Assembly: GCA_045536195.1 (NCBI GenBank)
Contig: JAZSNB010000118.1
Coordinates: 247-64,246, forward strand
Source: Acutalibacteraceae bacterium
GTDB taxonomy: Bacteria > Bacillota > Clostridia > Oscillospirales > Acutalibacteraceae
DNA: 64,000 nucleotides
Direction of reading: 5' to 3'
In this document: piece by piece, positions 8,457 to 17,685 of the stretch
Numbering within the stretch: the first letter of the stretch is position 1
How the letters are laid out: the number at the start of each line of letters is the position of its first letter
Position numbers and translations under genes: made by a program
Notes under the pieces: generated by a model
What the model was told of the DNA's origin: nothing
Databases searched by the model: none
The model's input: the letters and a program-made list of their open reading frames with translations, nothing else

Positions 8457-10324
8457 TAATTTTCACTGTCCTTAGTAATCATATTTACCATTCCCTCACA
8501 GTCGAGGAAATAGTGTGAGAGAAGTCCCTTTACGGTATTCTGACGCGGGAATTCTCCTTCAACGGCAAAGTTTCTGTAAAGTCCTCTGTAGCCGAATTTA
8601 AAAAGCTTATCTCCGAAGGTTTCTCCTATACCGCCGAAGCGCTGACCTTCTTCAAAGAAATATATTCTTTCGCAGGAAAGAGTTTCCCTTACTGCATCAT
8701 TGCTTACGGGTTTTATAGAGTTGAGCTTCACCACAAAAACCTCTGTTCCCTTTTCTTCCAGCTCTTTTTTTGCCTTGCACGCCTCGCCGAAGCATCTGCC
8801 GTAGGTTACGAGAGCAACCGGACTCTTTTTGCTTCCGTATATGTCATAGTCTTTGTCGGAAGCCTCAAAATCAGGGGGAAGCTGAATATCAACTCCGCGG
8901 GGATATCTTACTGCAACGGGCCCCTCGCAGGAATAAAGAGCTTTTCTGAATGCAGTGCGAAGCTCAGAAAAGGTAGTAGGTGCAAGCACCGTAATATCGG
9001 GAATAGTATTTATAAAGGCGGCATCAAACACACCGTGGTGGGATTCACCGTCGGCACCCACAAAGCCTGCTCTGTCAACAGCAAAAACAATTTTAAGTCC
9101 CTGCATGGCACAGTCGTGTATTATCTGATCATAGGCACGCTGCAGGAATGTGGAATAAACGGCAAACACGGGAAGCATTCCGCCTCTTGCAAGACCTGCA
9201 GCAAATGTAACCGCATGCTGCTCTGCGATACCTACATCAAAAAATCTGTTCGGGAAGCTATTTCTGAAGCCTTCCAGACCGCAGCCGAGACTCATAGCTG
9301 CAGTAATACAGCATATTCTTTCGTCCTTACGGGCCTCTTCTGTTATAAACTCTCCGAAAGCATCGGAAAAGCTGGGCTCAGAGAAAACAGGCTCACCGGA
9401 ATCCAGATTGAAGGCGGATATTCCGTGGAAGGCATCAGGTGCTTTTTCCGCAAATTCATAGCCTCTGCCCTTTACTGTATTTATATGAAGCACGATGGGG
9501 AAATCCGCTTCCTTTGCAGCGCTCAGCGCTCTTATCAGCAAGGACGTATCGTGTCCGTCAATAGGTCCCATATATCTGAAGCCAAGGTCTTCAAACATAG
9601 TGGAATTATATATCATATTCTTAGCGAATTTTTTTACATTGTATATACCCGAAACCAGAGCACCGCCTGCAAGAGGTATATGATTGAGTGCCTGCTCGGT
9701 ACGGGATTTGAGCTTGAAATAACGCGGTGTTGCGCGCATTTTGGCAAAATACCTTGCAAGAGCTCCGACATTAGGTGAAATTGACATTTCATTGTCATTG
9801 AGCACAACAATAAGCTTTGTGCCGTTTCCTGCTCTGCCGGCATTATTGAGAGCCTCATAGACCATACCGCCCGTAAAGGCTCCGTCACCCACAACAGCTA
9901 CGGTGTAATCATTGCTGCCGTTTATTTTATTAGCCGCGGCAATCCCGTAAGCTGCCGATAAAGCAACGCTTGAATGACCGCCGGACATAATATCGTGCTC
10001 ACTCTCACCCCGTCTTGTGAAGCCTGCAAGACCTCCGGGCTGTCTGAGAGTAGAAAACTCCTCTTTTCTGCCCGTAAAAAGCTTGTGGGTGTAGCATTGA
10101 TGGGCAACGTCCCATATTATTTTATCATCGGGAGAAGAAAAAACTCTGTGCAAAGCAATCGTCAGCTCTACAACACCGAGGTTGGAAGCAAGATGTCCGC
10201 CTGTTTTTGAGACGGTGGAGATAAGCTCTTCTCTCACCTCCGAAGCCAATACATCGAGCTCATTTTCGGGGATTTTTTTTACATCATCCGGTGAATTTAT
10301 ATAAGGTAAATATTTTCCTTCCAC
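8456..10324 (-). CDS. dxs: 1-deoxy-D-xylulose-5-phosphate synthase
   Basis: 622 aa with GGHLASNLGVVELTIALH and GDGAFTGGMVYEALNNAG TPP motifs. It starts with GTG. Confidence 0.95.
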   Translation of the reverse strand: MEGKYLPYINSPDDVKKIPENELDVLASEVREELISTVSKTGGHLASNLGVVELTIALHRVFSSPDDKIIWDVAHQCYTHKLFTGRKEEFSTLRQPGGLAGFTRRGESEHDIMSGGHSSVALSAAYGIAAANKINGSNDYTVAVVGDGAFTGGMVYEALNNAGRAGNGTKLIVVLNDNEMSISPNVGALARYFAKMRATPRYFKLKSRTEQALNHIPLAGGALVSGIYNVKKFAKNMIYNSTMFEDLGFRYMGPIDGHDTSLLIRALSAAKEADFPIVLHINTVKGRGYEFAEKAPDAFHGISAFNLDSGEPVFSEPSFSDAFGEFITEEARKDERICCITAAMSLGCGLEGFRNSFPNRFFDVGIAEQHAVTFAAGLARGGMLPVFAVYSTFLQRAYDQIIHDCAMQGLKIVFAVDRAGFVGADGESHHGVFDAAFINTIPDITVLAPTTFSELRTAFRKALYSCEGPVAVRYPRGVDIQLPPDFEASDKDYDIYGSKKSPVALVTYGRCFGEACKAKKELEEKGTEVFVVKLNSIKPVSNDAVRETLSCERIYFFEEGQRFGGIGETFGDKLFKFGYRGLYRNFAVEGEFPRQNTVKGLLSHYFLDCEGMVNMITKDSEN

Positions 10325-10386
10325 TTTCTTTTCCTCTTGAATACGTTTTTTTAACGACAGAATAAAAGATAAAGCTTAAAATATCA

Positions 10387-11250
10387 TTATTTTTTTCTGT
10401 AAAGAAGCTCTTGAGCGATAGTTCTTATTTCTTCAGCCGCACCTGAAAATCTGTCGAGAGCGCGAAGAGCATTTTTTGTATGGATAGCGGCAAGCTCCTT
10501 TGCTTTTTCAATACCGTAAAGAGACACATAAGTTACCTTTCCGTTTTTTGCATCACTTGACTCGCCGTCTTCTTCTGCTTCAAGCACGTCGTCTTCAATC
10601 TGGAAAGCAACTCCAAGCTCCAGAGCGAACTCTCTTGCATAGGATATCATCTCATCATCTGCACCCGCCGCGATAAGACCGAGCACACAGGCACATTCGA
10701 TAAGCGCTGCTGTTTTAAGTGAATCCATCTCCAAAAGCACACTGAGAGTTGCAGGTGTGTTTTCATATTTGAGGTCTATATACTGACCGCCTATCATACC
10801 CTTCATTCCGCTGAGAAGCGAAAGCTCCCTTACTGCCTTTACAGCACTTTCGGCGCTTACCTTACCTGCTGAAGCGGCATCTGCGACAAGGCAGAATGCG
10901 TGAGTAAGAAGAGCATCCCCGGCAAGAAGAGCATTTGCCTCGCCGAATTCAATATGGCTTGAGGGCTTGCCTCTTCTCATATCATCGTTGTCCATACAGG
11001 GAAGGTCATCATGAATAAGTGAATAAGTGTGAATAAATTCGACTGCACAGGCAAATTCAAGAGCATTTTCCGCATTTCCTCCTGCAGCCTCACAGAACTC
11101 AAGGCACAGTAAGGGGCGGATTCTTTTGCCGCCGCTTTCAAGAGAATACATAAGCATCTCCCTGATTCCTGCGGTTTCCTGAGAAAGCTCCGGAATACAA
11201 AGAGGAAGCTTATTTTCGATCATTTCAATATATTTTGCTGCATTTTTCAT
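10387..11250 (-). CDS. ispA: Farnesyl/geranyl diphosphate synthase (polyprenyl synthetase)
   Basis: 287 aa with the FARM motif LIHDDLPCMDNDDMRRG and the second Asp-rich motif FQIEDDVLE. Confidence 0.9.
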   Translation of the reverse strand: MKNAAKYIEMIENKLPLCIPELSQETAGIREMLMYSLESGGKRIRPLLCLEFCEAAGGNAENALEFACAVEFIHTYSLIHDDLPCMDNDDMRRGKPSSHIEFGEANALLAGDALLTHAFCLVADAASAGKVSAESAVKAVRELSLLSGMKGMIGGQYIDLKYENTPATLSVLLEMDSLKTAALIECACVLGLIAAGADDEMISYAREFALELGVAFQIEDDVLEAEEDGESSDAKNGKVTYVSLYGIEKAKELAAIHTKNALRALDRFSGAAEEIRTIAQELLYRKK

Positions 11251-11447
11251 TCTTCTTCACCGCCGATATCCTGAAGTGCCGTTATTTTCTGTTCTGCATT
11301 CTTAAGCTCATCGTTGCAGAATTTTGAAAGCTTTGCACCCTCTTCAAAAAGCTTTACGGACTCATTGAGAGGAAGACCTCCGTTTTCCAGAATTTTCACT
11401 ATTTCCTGTAATCGCTTTACAGCACTTTCATATGTGTGTTCACTCAT
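11247..11447 (-). CDS. xseB: Exodeoxyribonuclease VII small subunit
   Basis: MSEHTYESAVKRLQEIVKILENGGLPLNESVKLFEEGAKLSKFC is a typical XseB sequence. I placed the start at the internal ATG, 8 nt after GGAG. The 79-aa track ORF extends into xseA. Confidence 0.85.
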   Translation of the reverse strand: MSEHTYESAVKRLQEIVKILENGGLPLNESVKLFEEGAKLSKFCNDELKNAEQKITALQDIGGEEE

Positions 11448-12660
11448 TTTCATTGCTCCTTCCGGAAGAAAGCACCTGACACTCAAGAGTTCCGTCTGAC
11501 AGTGTAACTCCGATAGTGTCGCCGATATTGATTTTTTCCGTACTTTCTATTATTTCGCCATTAAGGCTTACTATGGAATAACCTCTCAGAAGCACACTGA
11601 GGGGATTAAGTTTTTCAAGGGATGTGACAAGAGAAGTGAAAGTATTTTTCTCTTTATATAAAACTCTCTGAGCCGATGCCTCAAGAGCACGGGAATACTT
11701 TTCTATAAGAATTTTGTCAGCTTCAAAAAATCTGCCGGGATCGGTGAAGGATCTTGCTTCAAGAATAAGCCCCAGCTTTCTTTTCTCTGCAGATACCATA
11801 GCACTCACAGCTCTGTACAATCTGTCGGTAAGAGATGCCAGATTCATAGTAAGATTCATAATATCGGGAACTGCAAGCTCTGCCGCTGCCGAAGGGGTGG
11901 GAGCACGCATATCGCTGACAAAATCGCATATGGTAAAATCAGTTTCGTGTCCCACTGCGGAAATAACCGGAACGGGGCATTCATATACGGCACGGGCAAG
12001 AAGCTCATCATTGAAGCACCATAAATCCTCGGCACTTCCGCCGCCTCTGCCGATGATTATCACATCAACACAGTTTTTCTCTCTGAATTCCTCCAGAGCT
12101 TCAATCATCTCGGCGGGAGCTGTCGGTCCCTGCACTGAAACACCGCAAAAAACAACACGGGCAAGGGGAAATCTTCTTCCCAGCACATTGAATATATCCT
12201 GCACGGCAGCGCCTGTGGGTGAGGTAATAACACCGACACTCAAAGGAAAAGCGGGAAGAGGCTTTTTATGAGCCTTATCAAAAAGACCCTCTTTTTCAAG
12301 CTTATTTTTCAGCTGATTGAAGGCAACACTGAGAGCTCCCGCTCCGTCGGGCATCATATCCTCGGCATATATCTGATATATACCGTCACGCTCAAAAACG
12401 GTGATTCTGCCCCTTATTATGACCTTCATTCCGTTTTCCGGCTTAAAGCGCAGCCTTGACGCCTGACGGGCAAACATTACTGCTTTTATTGCCGCCGAAT
12501 CGTCTTTAAGGGTAAAATACATATGGCCTGTTTTGTAATGATTGGAAAAATTGGAAATTTCCCCCGCAACAAAAACAGACTGCATTCCCATATCCTGATC
12601 AAATAAAGATTTTATATATCGGTTTATATCCGAAACCGAAAAAGTAGGTATATTCATCAT
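11440..12660 (-). CDS. xseA: Exodeoxyribonuclease VII large subunit
   Basis: MMNIPTFSVSDINRYIKSLFD... is an OB-fold N-terminus, and the catalytic region includes GRGGGSAEDLW. I trimmed the start to Met24 of the track ORF because the upstream gene ends at 12665. Confidence 0.9.
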   Translation of the reverse strand: MMNIPTFSVSDINRYIKSLFDQDMGMQSVFVAGEISNFSNHYKTGHMYFTLKDDSAAIKAVMFARQASRLRFKPENGMKVIIRGRITVFERDGIYQIYAEDMMPDGAGALSVAFNQLKNKLEKEGLFDKAHKKPLPAFPLSVGVITSPTGAAVQDIFNVLGRRFPLARVVFCGVSVQGPTAPAEMIEALEEFREKNCVDVIIIGRGGGSAEDLWCFNDELLARAVYECPVPVISAVGHETDFTICDFVSDMRAPTPSAAAELAVPDIMNLTMNLASLTDRLYRAVSAMVSAEKRKLGLILEARSFTDPGRFFEADKILIEKYSRALEASAQRVLYKEKNTFTSLVTSLEKLNPLSVLLRGYSIVSLNGEIIESTEKINIGDTIGVTLSDGTLECQVLSSGRSNENE

Positions 12661-12664
12661 AAGC

Positions 12665-13588
12665 TTAAACCTTTGATGCCAGCACAGCTGTGCCTGCTGC
12701 ATTATCCGAAGAAAAACCGGGTGCGGCAAAAACCGCGCCGAACTCCTCGGAAAAACGCTTTCTTATAAGTGTATTTGACATAACACCGCCCGAATACAAT
12801 AAGGGTAAATCGGGATATTTGTCCCTGATGCAAGCTGTCATTTCATAAAGAGCCTGAGAAATAAAGTCAATGCAGTATTTTGCAATATCCTCTTTCTTTT
12901 CATTATCGGCAAGCATCTTTTCACATTTATTCTGAAGCCCCGAAAGAGAGCAGCAGCCATCCTTCATATAAGGCTTTATTTTATATTTTCTGTCACTTTC
13001 AAGGCTGAGCTTATCAAGCATCATGCCTGCAGGGAAAGGAAGCCCCAGAAGCTTTCCGACACGGTCAATTGCCTGACCTGCCTTAAGGTCAAGAGAAAAG
13101 CTCAGCATCTCGGCAGAAAACACCTTTTTACTGTCGGGGGTTACCTTCACCGCCTCTGTTGTTCCGCCCGAAACATGAAAGGCAATAAACTCCTGAGTGA
13201 AAAGCTCTGTTTTCCCTGAGGAATATAGTGCGGCAGCAATATGACCTGCCTGATGGGAAAAATGAAACAAAGGAACACCGTTTACCGCGGCTATGCTTTC
13301 GGCAATTGCCTTTCCCGTATTAAAGCAGGGCATATAAGAGCCTTTCTCATCACGCGGGGATACGGAAACTCCGATGCGGTCGATTTTTTTGCTGCTTTCC
13401 GAAAACACATTTTTTATCATTTCAGGCAATAAAAGTATGTGCTGAAAAACAGCATCCGACTGTCTGAGTCCCAGCTCCCCTTCCTTTACGGGCAAAAGCT
13501 GTCTTGACTGAATTATTTCTCCGCTTTCACTGTCAAACAAAGCGGCGGAGGATGTGTAATTACTTGTATCTATTCCGAGGCACAGCAT
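12665..13588 (-). CDS. TsaD/Kae1-like ASKHA-fold protein (glycoprotease M22 family paralog)
   Basis: 307 aa. MLCLGIDTSNYTSSAALFD is an ASKHA phosphate-1 motif. HxxGH (FSHQAGHIAA) and FHVSGGTTE are also present. Its start overlaps the nusB stop. Confidence 0.6.
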   Translation of the reverse strand: MLCLGIDTSNYTSSAALFDSESGEIIQSRQLLPVKEGELGLRQSDAVFQHILLLPEMIKNVFSESSKKIDRIGVSVSPRDEKGSYMPCFNTGKAIAESIAAVNGVPLFHFSHQAGHIAAALYSSGKTELFTQEFIAFHVSGGTTEAVKVTPDSKKVFSAEMLSFSLDLKAGQAIDRVGKLLGLPFPAGMMLDKLSLESDRKYKIKPYMKDGCCSLSGLQNKCEKMLADNEKKEDIAKYCIDFISQALYEMTACIRDKYPDLPLLYSGGVMSNTLIRKRFSEEFGAVFAAPGFSSDNAAGTAVLASKV

Positions 13589-13989
13589 CAGTTTGCCTTA
13601 TCCCTGATAACAGAGCCCAGAACACCGTTTATGAAGGATGCATCCTCTTCGCCTGCATATTTTTTTGCAAGCTCAACTGCTTCATTAGCAGATACACTGT
13701 CGGGGACATCATCGAAAAACAGAATTTCTGCAACGGCAAGTCTTAAAAGAGCAAGTGAAACTCTGGGAATACGCTGCAATGTCCATCCCTTAAGGAAGGA
13801 TGAAATTTTCTCATCAACGCTTTCTTCATTACTGCACACTGTTTCAAGAAGCTTTTCTGCAAAAGCATCAAGCTCAAAAAGCTCACTGTCGGCTGCATAT
13901 TCTTTCATCTCACCAACTGACAGTTCAGGATTGAATATTTTTTCAAAAACAAGGATAAATGCCTGTTCGCGTGCTTCACTTCTCTTCAT
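13588..13989 (-). CDS. nusB: Transcription antitermination factor NusB
   Basis: 133 aa: MKRSEAREQAFILVFE...LLRLAVAEILFFDDVPDSVSANEAVELAKKY...FINGVLG. Confidence 0.9.
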   Translation of the reverse strand: MKRSEAREQAFILVFEKIFNPELSVGEMKEYAADSELFELDAFAEKLLETVCSNEESVDEKISSFLKGWTLQRIPRVSLALLRLAVAEILFFDDVPDSVSANEAVELAKKYAGEEDASFINGVLGSVIRDKAN

Positions 13990-14191
13990 AGGAACCTCCG
14001 TGGAATTACATTATTATACAGAATATACTATATCACAACACAAATAAATATACAAGATTTTTTTGCATATTCATATGTATATACAAAGTATTTATGCATA
14101 AACCATAAAATAAACTTGATTTTATATTTCCCGAATAGTATTATATTTAGTATAATGTTTCTTTGATAATATAATAAGGAGCTGAAAATAT

Positions 14192-15169
14192 ATGAACAGA
14201 GCCGAGATTGTTTTCAAGGCAATTGATATATTGGGTGAAAAACCGCAGAATGCCGTGAGATACCCGGGAATTATCCGTATTCATAATATTGCCTACCACG
14301 ATGCATCTGCAGAGTACAATGTGGGCGATTTATATTTCAGACAGGATATTTTTGATGACGGAAAAAAGCATCCCGTTATGCTGTATATTCACGGCGGCGG
14401 ATTCATCAAGGGCGACAAGGACTACAGAATAACCAATTCGGAATTTTTTGCACATCACGGTTATTTTGTTTTCAATATCGACTACCGTATGCCCCCGGAT
14501 GTTGAGCTGGAGGAAAACTTTGCCGATATTGCAAGGGCATTCAATTATATAGAAAAGCTCAGCAGATACTGCAATATTGATACAGATAAAATAGTGGTTT
14601 CAGGAGACTCCTCTGGTGCTTATCAGTCCGCAATGCTCTGTGCATTTGCAAATAACGATTCCCTCAGAGAAAGATTCTCTTTGCCGAAGCTGAAATTCAA
14701 GCCTGCTGCGCTTGCACTGATGTGCGGTCTTTTTGATTTTGATAAGCTTTCGGAAACTCCAAACAGAATGGGGCTTGTTTCAAAAACAATGAGCATCGTG
14801 CTTGGCTTTGAGGTCAAAAAGGATTATTCCAATGCATCTGATTATGAGCATATAGATTTTCTGTCCCCCATTAATTTTGTTGACAAAAACTGGTGTCCCG
14901 TATTTATAACCTGGGCAGAGGACGACATTCTCTGTATTGACCAGGGCAAGCCTATGGCAGATAAATTCAGAGAGCACGGTATAAAATGCAAGCAGTTTGT
15001 GGTTGACGGTATTCTCAATAATCACTGCTATCACCTGAATATGACATTCAAGATTGCAAAAAGATGTATGAACAAGTGTGTTCACTTCCTCAACGAAGTG
15101 CTGGATGTAGAAGACAACACGGCAGATGAAGTTGAAGAAGATGATATACCTGTAAAGGAAGACAAATAA
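14192..15169 (+). CDS. Alpha/beta hydrolase (esterase/lipase, HSL-like fold-3)
   Basis: 325 aa with an HGGGF oxyanion-hole motif and a GDSSGA nucleophile elbow. The C-terminal tail is acidic. Confidence 0.75.
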   Translation: MNRAEIVFKAIDILGEKPQNAVRYPGIIRIHNIAYHDASAEYNVGDLYFRQDIFDDGKKHPVMLYIHGGGFIKGDKDYRITNSEFFAHHGYFVFNIDYRMPPDVELEENFADIARAFNYIEKLSRYCNIDTDKIVVSGDSSGAYQSAMLCAFANNDSLRERFSLPKLKFKPAALALMCGLFDFDKLSETPNRMGLVSKTMSIVLGFEVKKDYSNASDYEHIDFLSPINFVDKNWCPVFITWAEDDILCIDQGKPMADKFREHGIKCKQFVVDGILNNHCYHLNMTFKIAKRCMNKCVHFLNEVLDVEDNTADEVEEDDIPVKEDK

Positions 15170-15172
15170 TAA

Positions 15173-16009
15173 ATGAAAAGAATTGTTACAATACAGGATA
15201 TTTCCTGTGTGGGAAAATGCTCTCTTACGGTAGCACTTCCCATAATATCAGCCTGCGGAATTGAAACTGCCGTAATTCCCACGGCGGTGTTATCAAATCA
15301 TACTGCTTTCAGCGGTTTTTCATTCTGTGACCTGACGGATGAAATTGAACCCATAACCGAGCAGTGGAAAAAAGAGGGCTTCACCTTTGATGCCGTCTAT
15401 ACAGGCTATCTCGGTTCCCTCAGACAGCTGGAGATCATGCATAGCTTTATTGATGAATTCAGAAAAGACGGCTCCGTTGTTTTTATCGACCCTGTTATGG
15501 GCGACCACGGAAAGCTGTATTCGGGTTTTACCTCTGAATTTGCAGACAGTATGAAAAAGCTCTGCGCTAAAGCCGACGTTATTGTCCCCAATCTTACGGA
15601 AGCCTGCTTTATGCTTCACGAGGAATATATCGAAACCGGCTACAGTGAGGAATACATAAAAAGCATCCTGAAAAAGCTTGCGGATACAGGCTGTAAAAAT
15701 GCCGTGCTCACCGGTGTTTCCTTCGAAGAAGGCAAGGTAGGTGTGATGGCATATAATAAAGCAACGGATGAATTCAGCAGCTATTTTACCGAAAAGATAA
15801 GCGCACGCTTTCACGGAACGGGAGATGTATTTTCAAGTGCCGCTGTAGGCGCTCTGATGAAGGGACTGCCGCTGTCGGATGCACTTAAAACAGCCACAGA
15901 TTTCACTTTTGCATCCATAAAAGCCACAATTAATGATGAAAATCATAACTGGTACGGAGTGAATTTTGAAGAAGCCCTTCCCGTCCTCATAAAAAGCCTG
16001 AATTTATAA
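15173..16009 (+). CDS. pdxK: Pyridoxal/pyridoxamine kinase (ribokinase superfamily)
   Basis: 278 aa: MKRIVTIQDISCVGKCSLTVALPIISACGIE..., DPVMGDHGKLY, and the GTGDVFSS anion hole. Confidence 0.8.
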   Translation: MKRIVTIQDISCVGKCSLTVALPIISACGIETAVIPTAVLSNHTAFSGFSFCDLTDEIEPITEQWKKEGFTFDAVYTGYLGSLRQLEIMHSFIDEFRKDGSVVFIDPVMGDHGKLYSGFTSEFADSMKKLCAKADVIVPNLTEACFMLHEEYIETGYSEEYIKSILKKLADTGCKNAVLTGVSFEEGKVGVMAYNKATDEFSSYFTEKISARFHGTGDVFSSAAVGALMKGLPLSDALKTATDFTFASIKATINDENHNWYGVNFEEALPVLIKSLNL

Positions 16010-16023
16010 ATATATATGCTTAA

Positions 16024-16075
16024 CAAAAAAGAGTCCCGAAGAGACCTGCAAAGGCCTTCGGGACTTGATTTTTTC
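16024..16075. terminator. Bidirectional terminator between convergent pdxK and the M20 peptidase gene
   Basis: The hairpin GAGTCCCGAAG...CTTCGGGACT is flanked by an A-run on the 5' side and a T-run on the 3' side. Confidence 0.65.
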
Positions 16076-16078
16076 AGT

Positions 16079-17560
16079 TTATCTGTTCTGAATATAGTAT
16101 TTATAGAATTTTACGCCTTCGGCAAGTGCCGATACGCCTATGCTTTCATTGGCTGCGTGCATAGCCGCAAGCTGCTCGGGAGTGAGTCTTGTGGGAGTGA
16201 ATCTGAGACAGTTATCCGAAACCAGCTCAAACTGTCTGCAATCGGTACCGCCGGTCATAAGATAAGGAATAGGCACAACATCGGGGATTGCTTTCTCGAT
16301 ACAGCTTATGAGATATCTGAATTCTTCACTTTCGGGAGACGATACATTTGAAGGATCGCGGGAAAGGAGAATTTCAGTTTCAATATCATATTTCTTTGCA
16401 ATGCTCTTAAGCAGTTCAATGGATTCCTCTGCCCTCTGATGCACGGAAGGACGGATATTGCAGATAACATATGCTTCGTCGGGGATAACATTGGGAGCCT
16501 CAGAGCCCTCAGCCATTGTGAATGCACAGGTTGTTCTCACAAATGCACCTGCCATGGGTGAAAACAGAGGAAGAACCTTTGCAAGAAGTCCCTTGAACAG
16601 CCAGAGATTTGACATAACAAGACGAAGGGGAAATGTAAGGTGACCTGCAATGGATGTAAACATTTCGGGTATGGGAGAAACAAGCTCTCTCTTGAAGGGG
16701 TCTGTTTTTTCAACCTCTGCCATAAACATAGCAAGTCTTGCCATAGGGGTATTCTTAGGAGGTGTAGAGGAATGTCCGCCCTTGCCTCTTGCAACAAACT
16801 TAAGGTTGCAAAAGCCCTTTTCAACAATACCTATAGCGGCACAGGGCTTGGAAAGTCCGGGGAAAACATTGCCGATAACGGCACCGCCCTCGTCAAGAAC
16901 CGCATTAAGGCGGATACCCTGCTCCTTAAACCATCTTGCGGCATCAATAGCACCGCCGCCGGAGTTTTCTTCGTTTACGGATGAGAAAAGCCATACATCC
17001 TCTTCAGGCTGAAAGCCCTCTTCGATAAGCTCTTCAACAGCACTCCATTCTGCCGAAAGAGTGCTCTTGCAGTCCATTGCTCCTCTGCCGTGAACACAGC
17101 CGTCAGCGATCTCGCCTGAGAAGGGATCGCGGGTCCATTCTTTTTCTGCAGCAGGCACAACATCCTGATGGCCCATAAGAAGAATTGCACCCTTTCCGGG
17201 ATTTTTACCTCTCCATACTCTTAAAAGGTTTCCTTCAAAATCGTGCTTTTCAAGCTTCCCGAAAATATTGGGATAAAGCTTCTCCATTACAGACTGAAGC
17301 ATCAGGAAATCAGAATAATCCTCACCCTTTTTCTTTGAAACGGTTGAAACCTTTACCATTTCGGAAAGTCTTTTTGCATACTTGTCCTCTTCTTCCTTTG
17401 TCCAGCTTATAGCAGGAGCCTTTTCTTCAGAAGAAGCCTTCACCTTTACTGCTCTTATTATACATACGACAAGCACAGCGGCAATAATTACGGCTGCTCC
17501 GAGAAGTGCAAATAAAACATATTTCATATACTCTGTCACCTCAGCATTTGATTTATTCAA
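16079..17560 (-). CDS. Membrane-anchored M20/M25/M40 family metallopeptidase
   Basis: 493 aa with an N-terminal TM helix (YVLFALLGAAVIIAAVLVVCII) and the motifs LLMGHQDVVPA, HGRGAMDCK and NEENSGGG. Confidence 0.8.
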   Translation of the reverse strand: MNKSNAEVTEYMKYVLFALLGAAVIIAAVLVVCIIRAVKVKASSEEKAPAISWTKEEEDKYAKRLSEMVKVSTVSKKKGEDYSDFLMLQSVMEKLYPNIFGKLEKHDFEGNLLRVWRGKNPGKGAILLMGHQDVVPAAEKEWTRDPFSGEIADGCVHGRGAMDCKSTLSAEWSAVEELIEEGFQPEEDVWLFSSVNEENSGGGAIDAARWFKEQGIRLNAVLDEGGAVIGNVFPGLSKPCAAIGIVEKGFCNLKFVARGKGGHSSTPPKNTPMARLAMFMAEVEKTDPFKRELVSPIPEMFTSIAGHLTFPLRLVMSNLWLFKGLLAKVLPLFSPMAGAFVRTTCAFTMAEGSEAPNVIPDEAYVICNIRPSVHQRAEESIELLKSIAKKYDIETEILLSRDPSNVSSPESEEFRYLISCIEKAIPDVVPIPYLMTGGTDCRQFELVSDNCLRFTPTRLTPEQLAAMHAANESIGVSALAEGVKFYKYYIQNR

Positions 17561-17629
17561 TTATACAACAGACAATTCTGCAATTCAACAACAAAAATAA
17601 AGTTCTTCACCGGCATCTGAAGATTGCTG

Positions 17630-17670
17630 AAAAAGAGAAAATCTGCCGATGAGCAAAGCTCGCCGGCAGA
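17630..17670 (-). terminator. Rho-independent terminator after the discoidin-domain protein gene
   Basis: Minus strand has TCTGCCGG-cgagctttgctcat-CGGCAGA followed by TTTTCTCTTTTT. Confidence 0.6.
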
Positions 17671-17685
17671 AAAATCAGATATTCA

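Noticed and set aside
9035-9778. Long antisense ORFs inside conserved genes. Examples are 9035-9778 in dxs, 53343-54323 in tuf, 54779-56212 in fusA, 19301-19924 and 19937-20518 in ilvE, 23550-24269 in the acyl-CoA synthetase, and 11714-12271 in xseA.
   Set aside because: Each is fully contained in the opposite strand of a gene with unmistakable conserved motifs. Their products are compositionally odd and I see no RBS. Shadow ORFs like these are typical of this codon usage.
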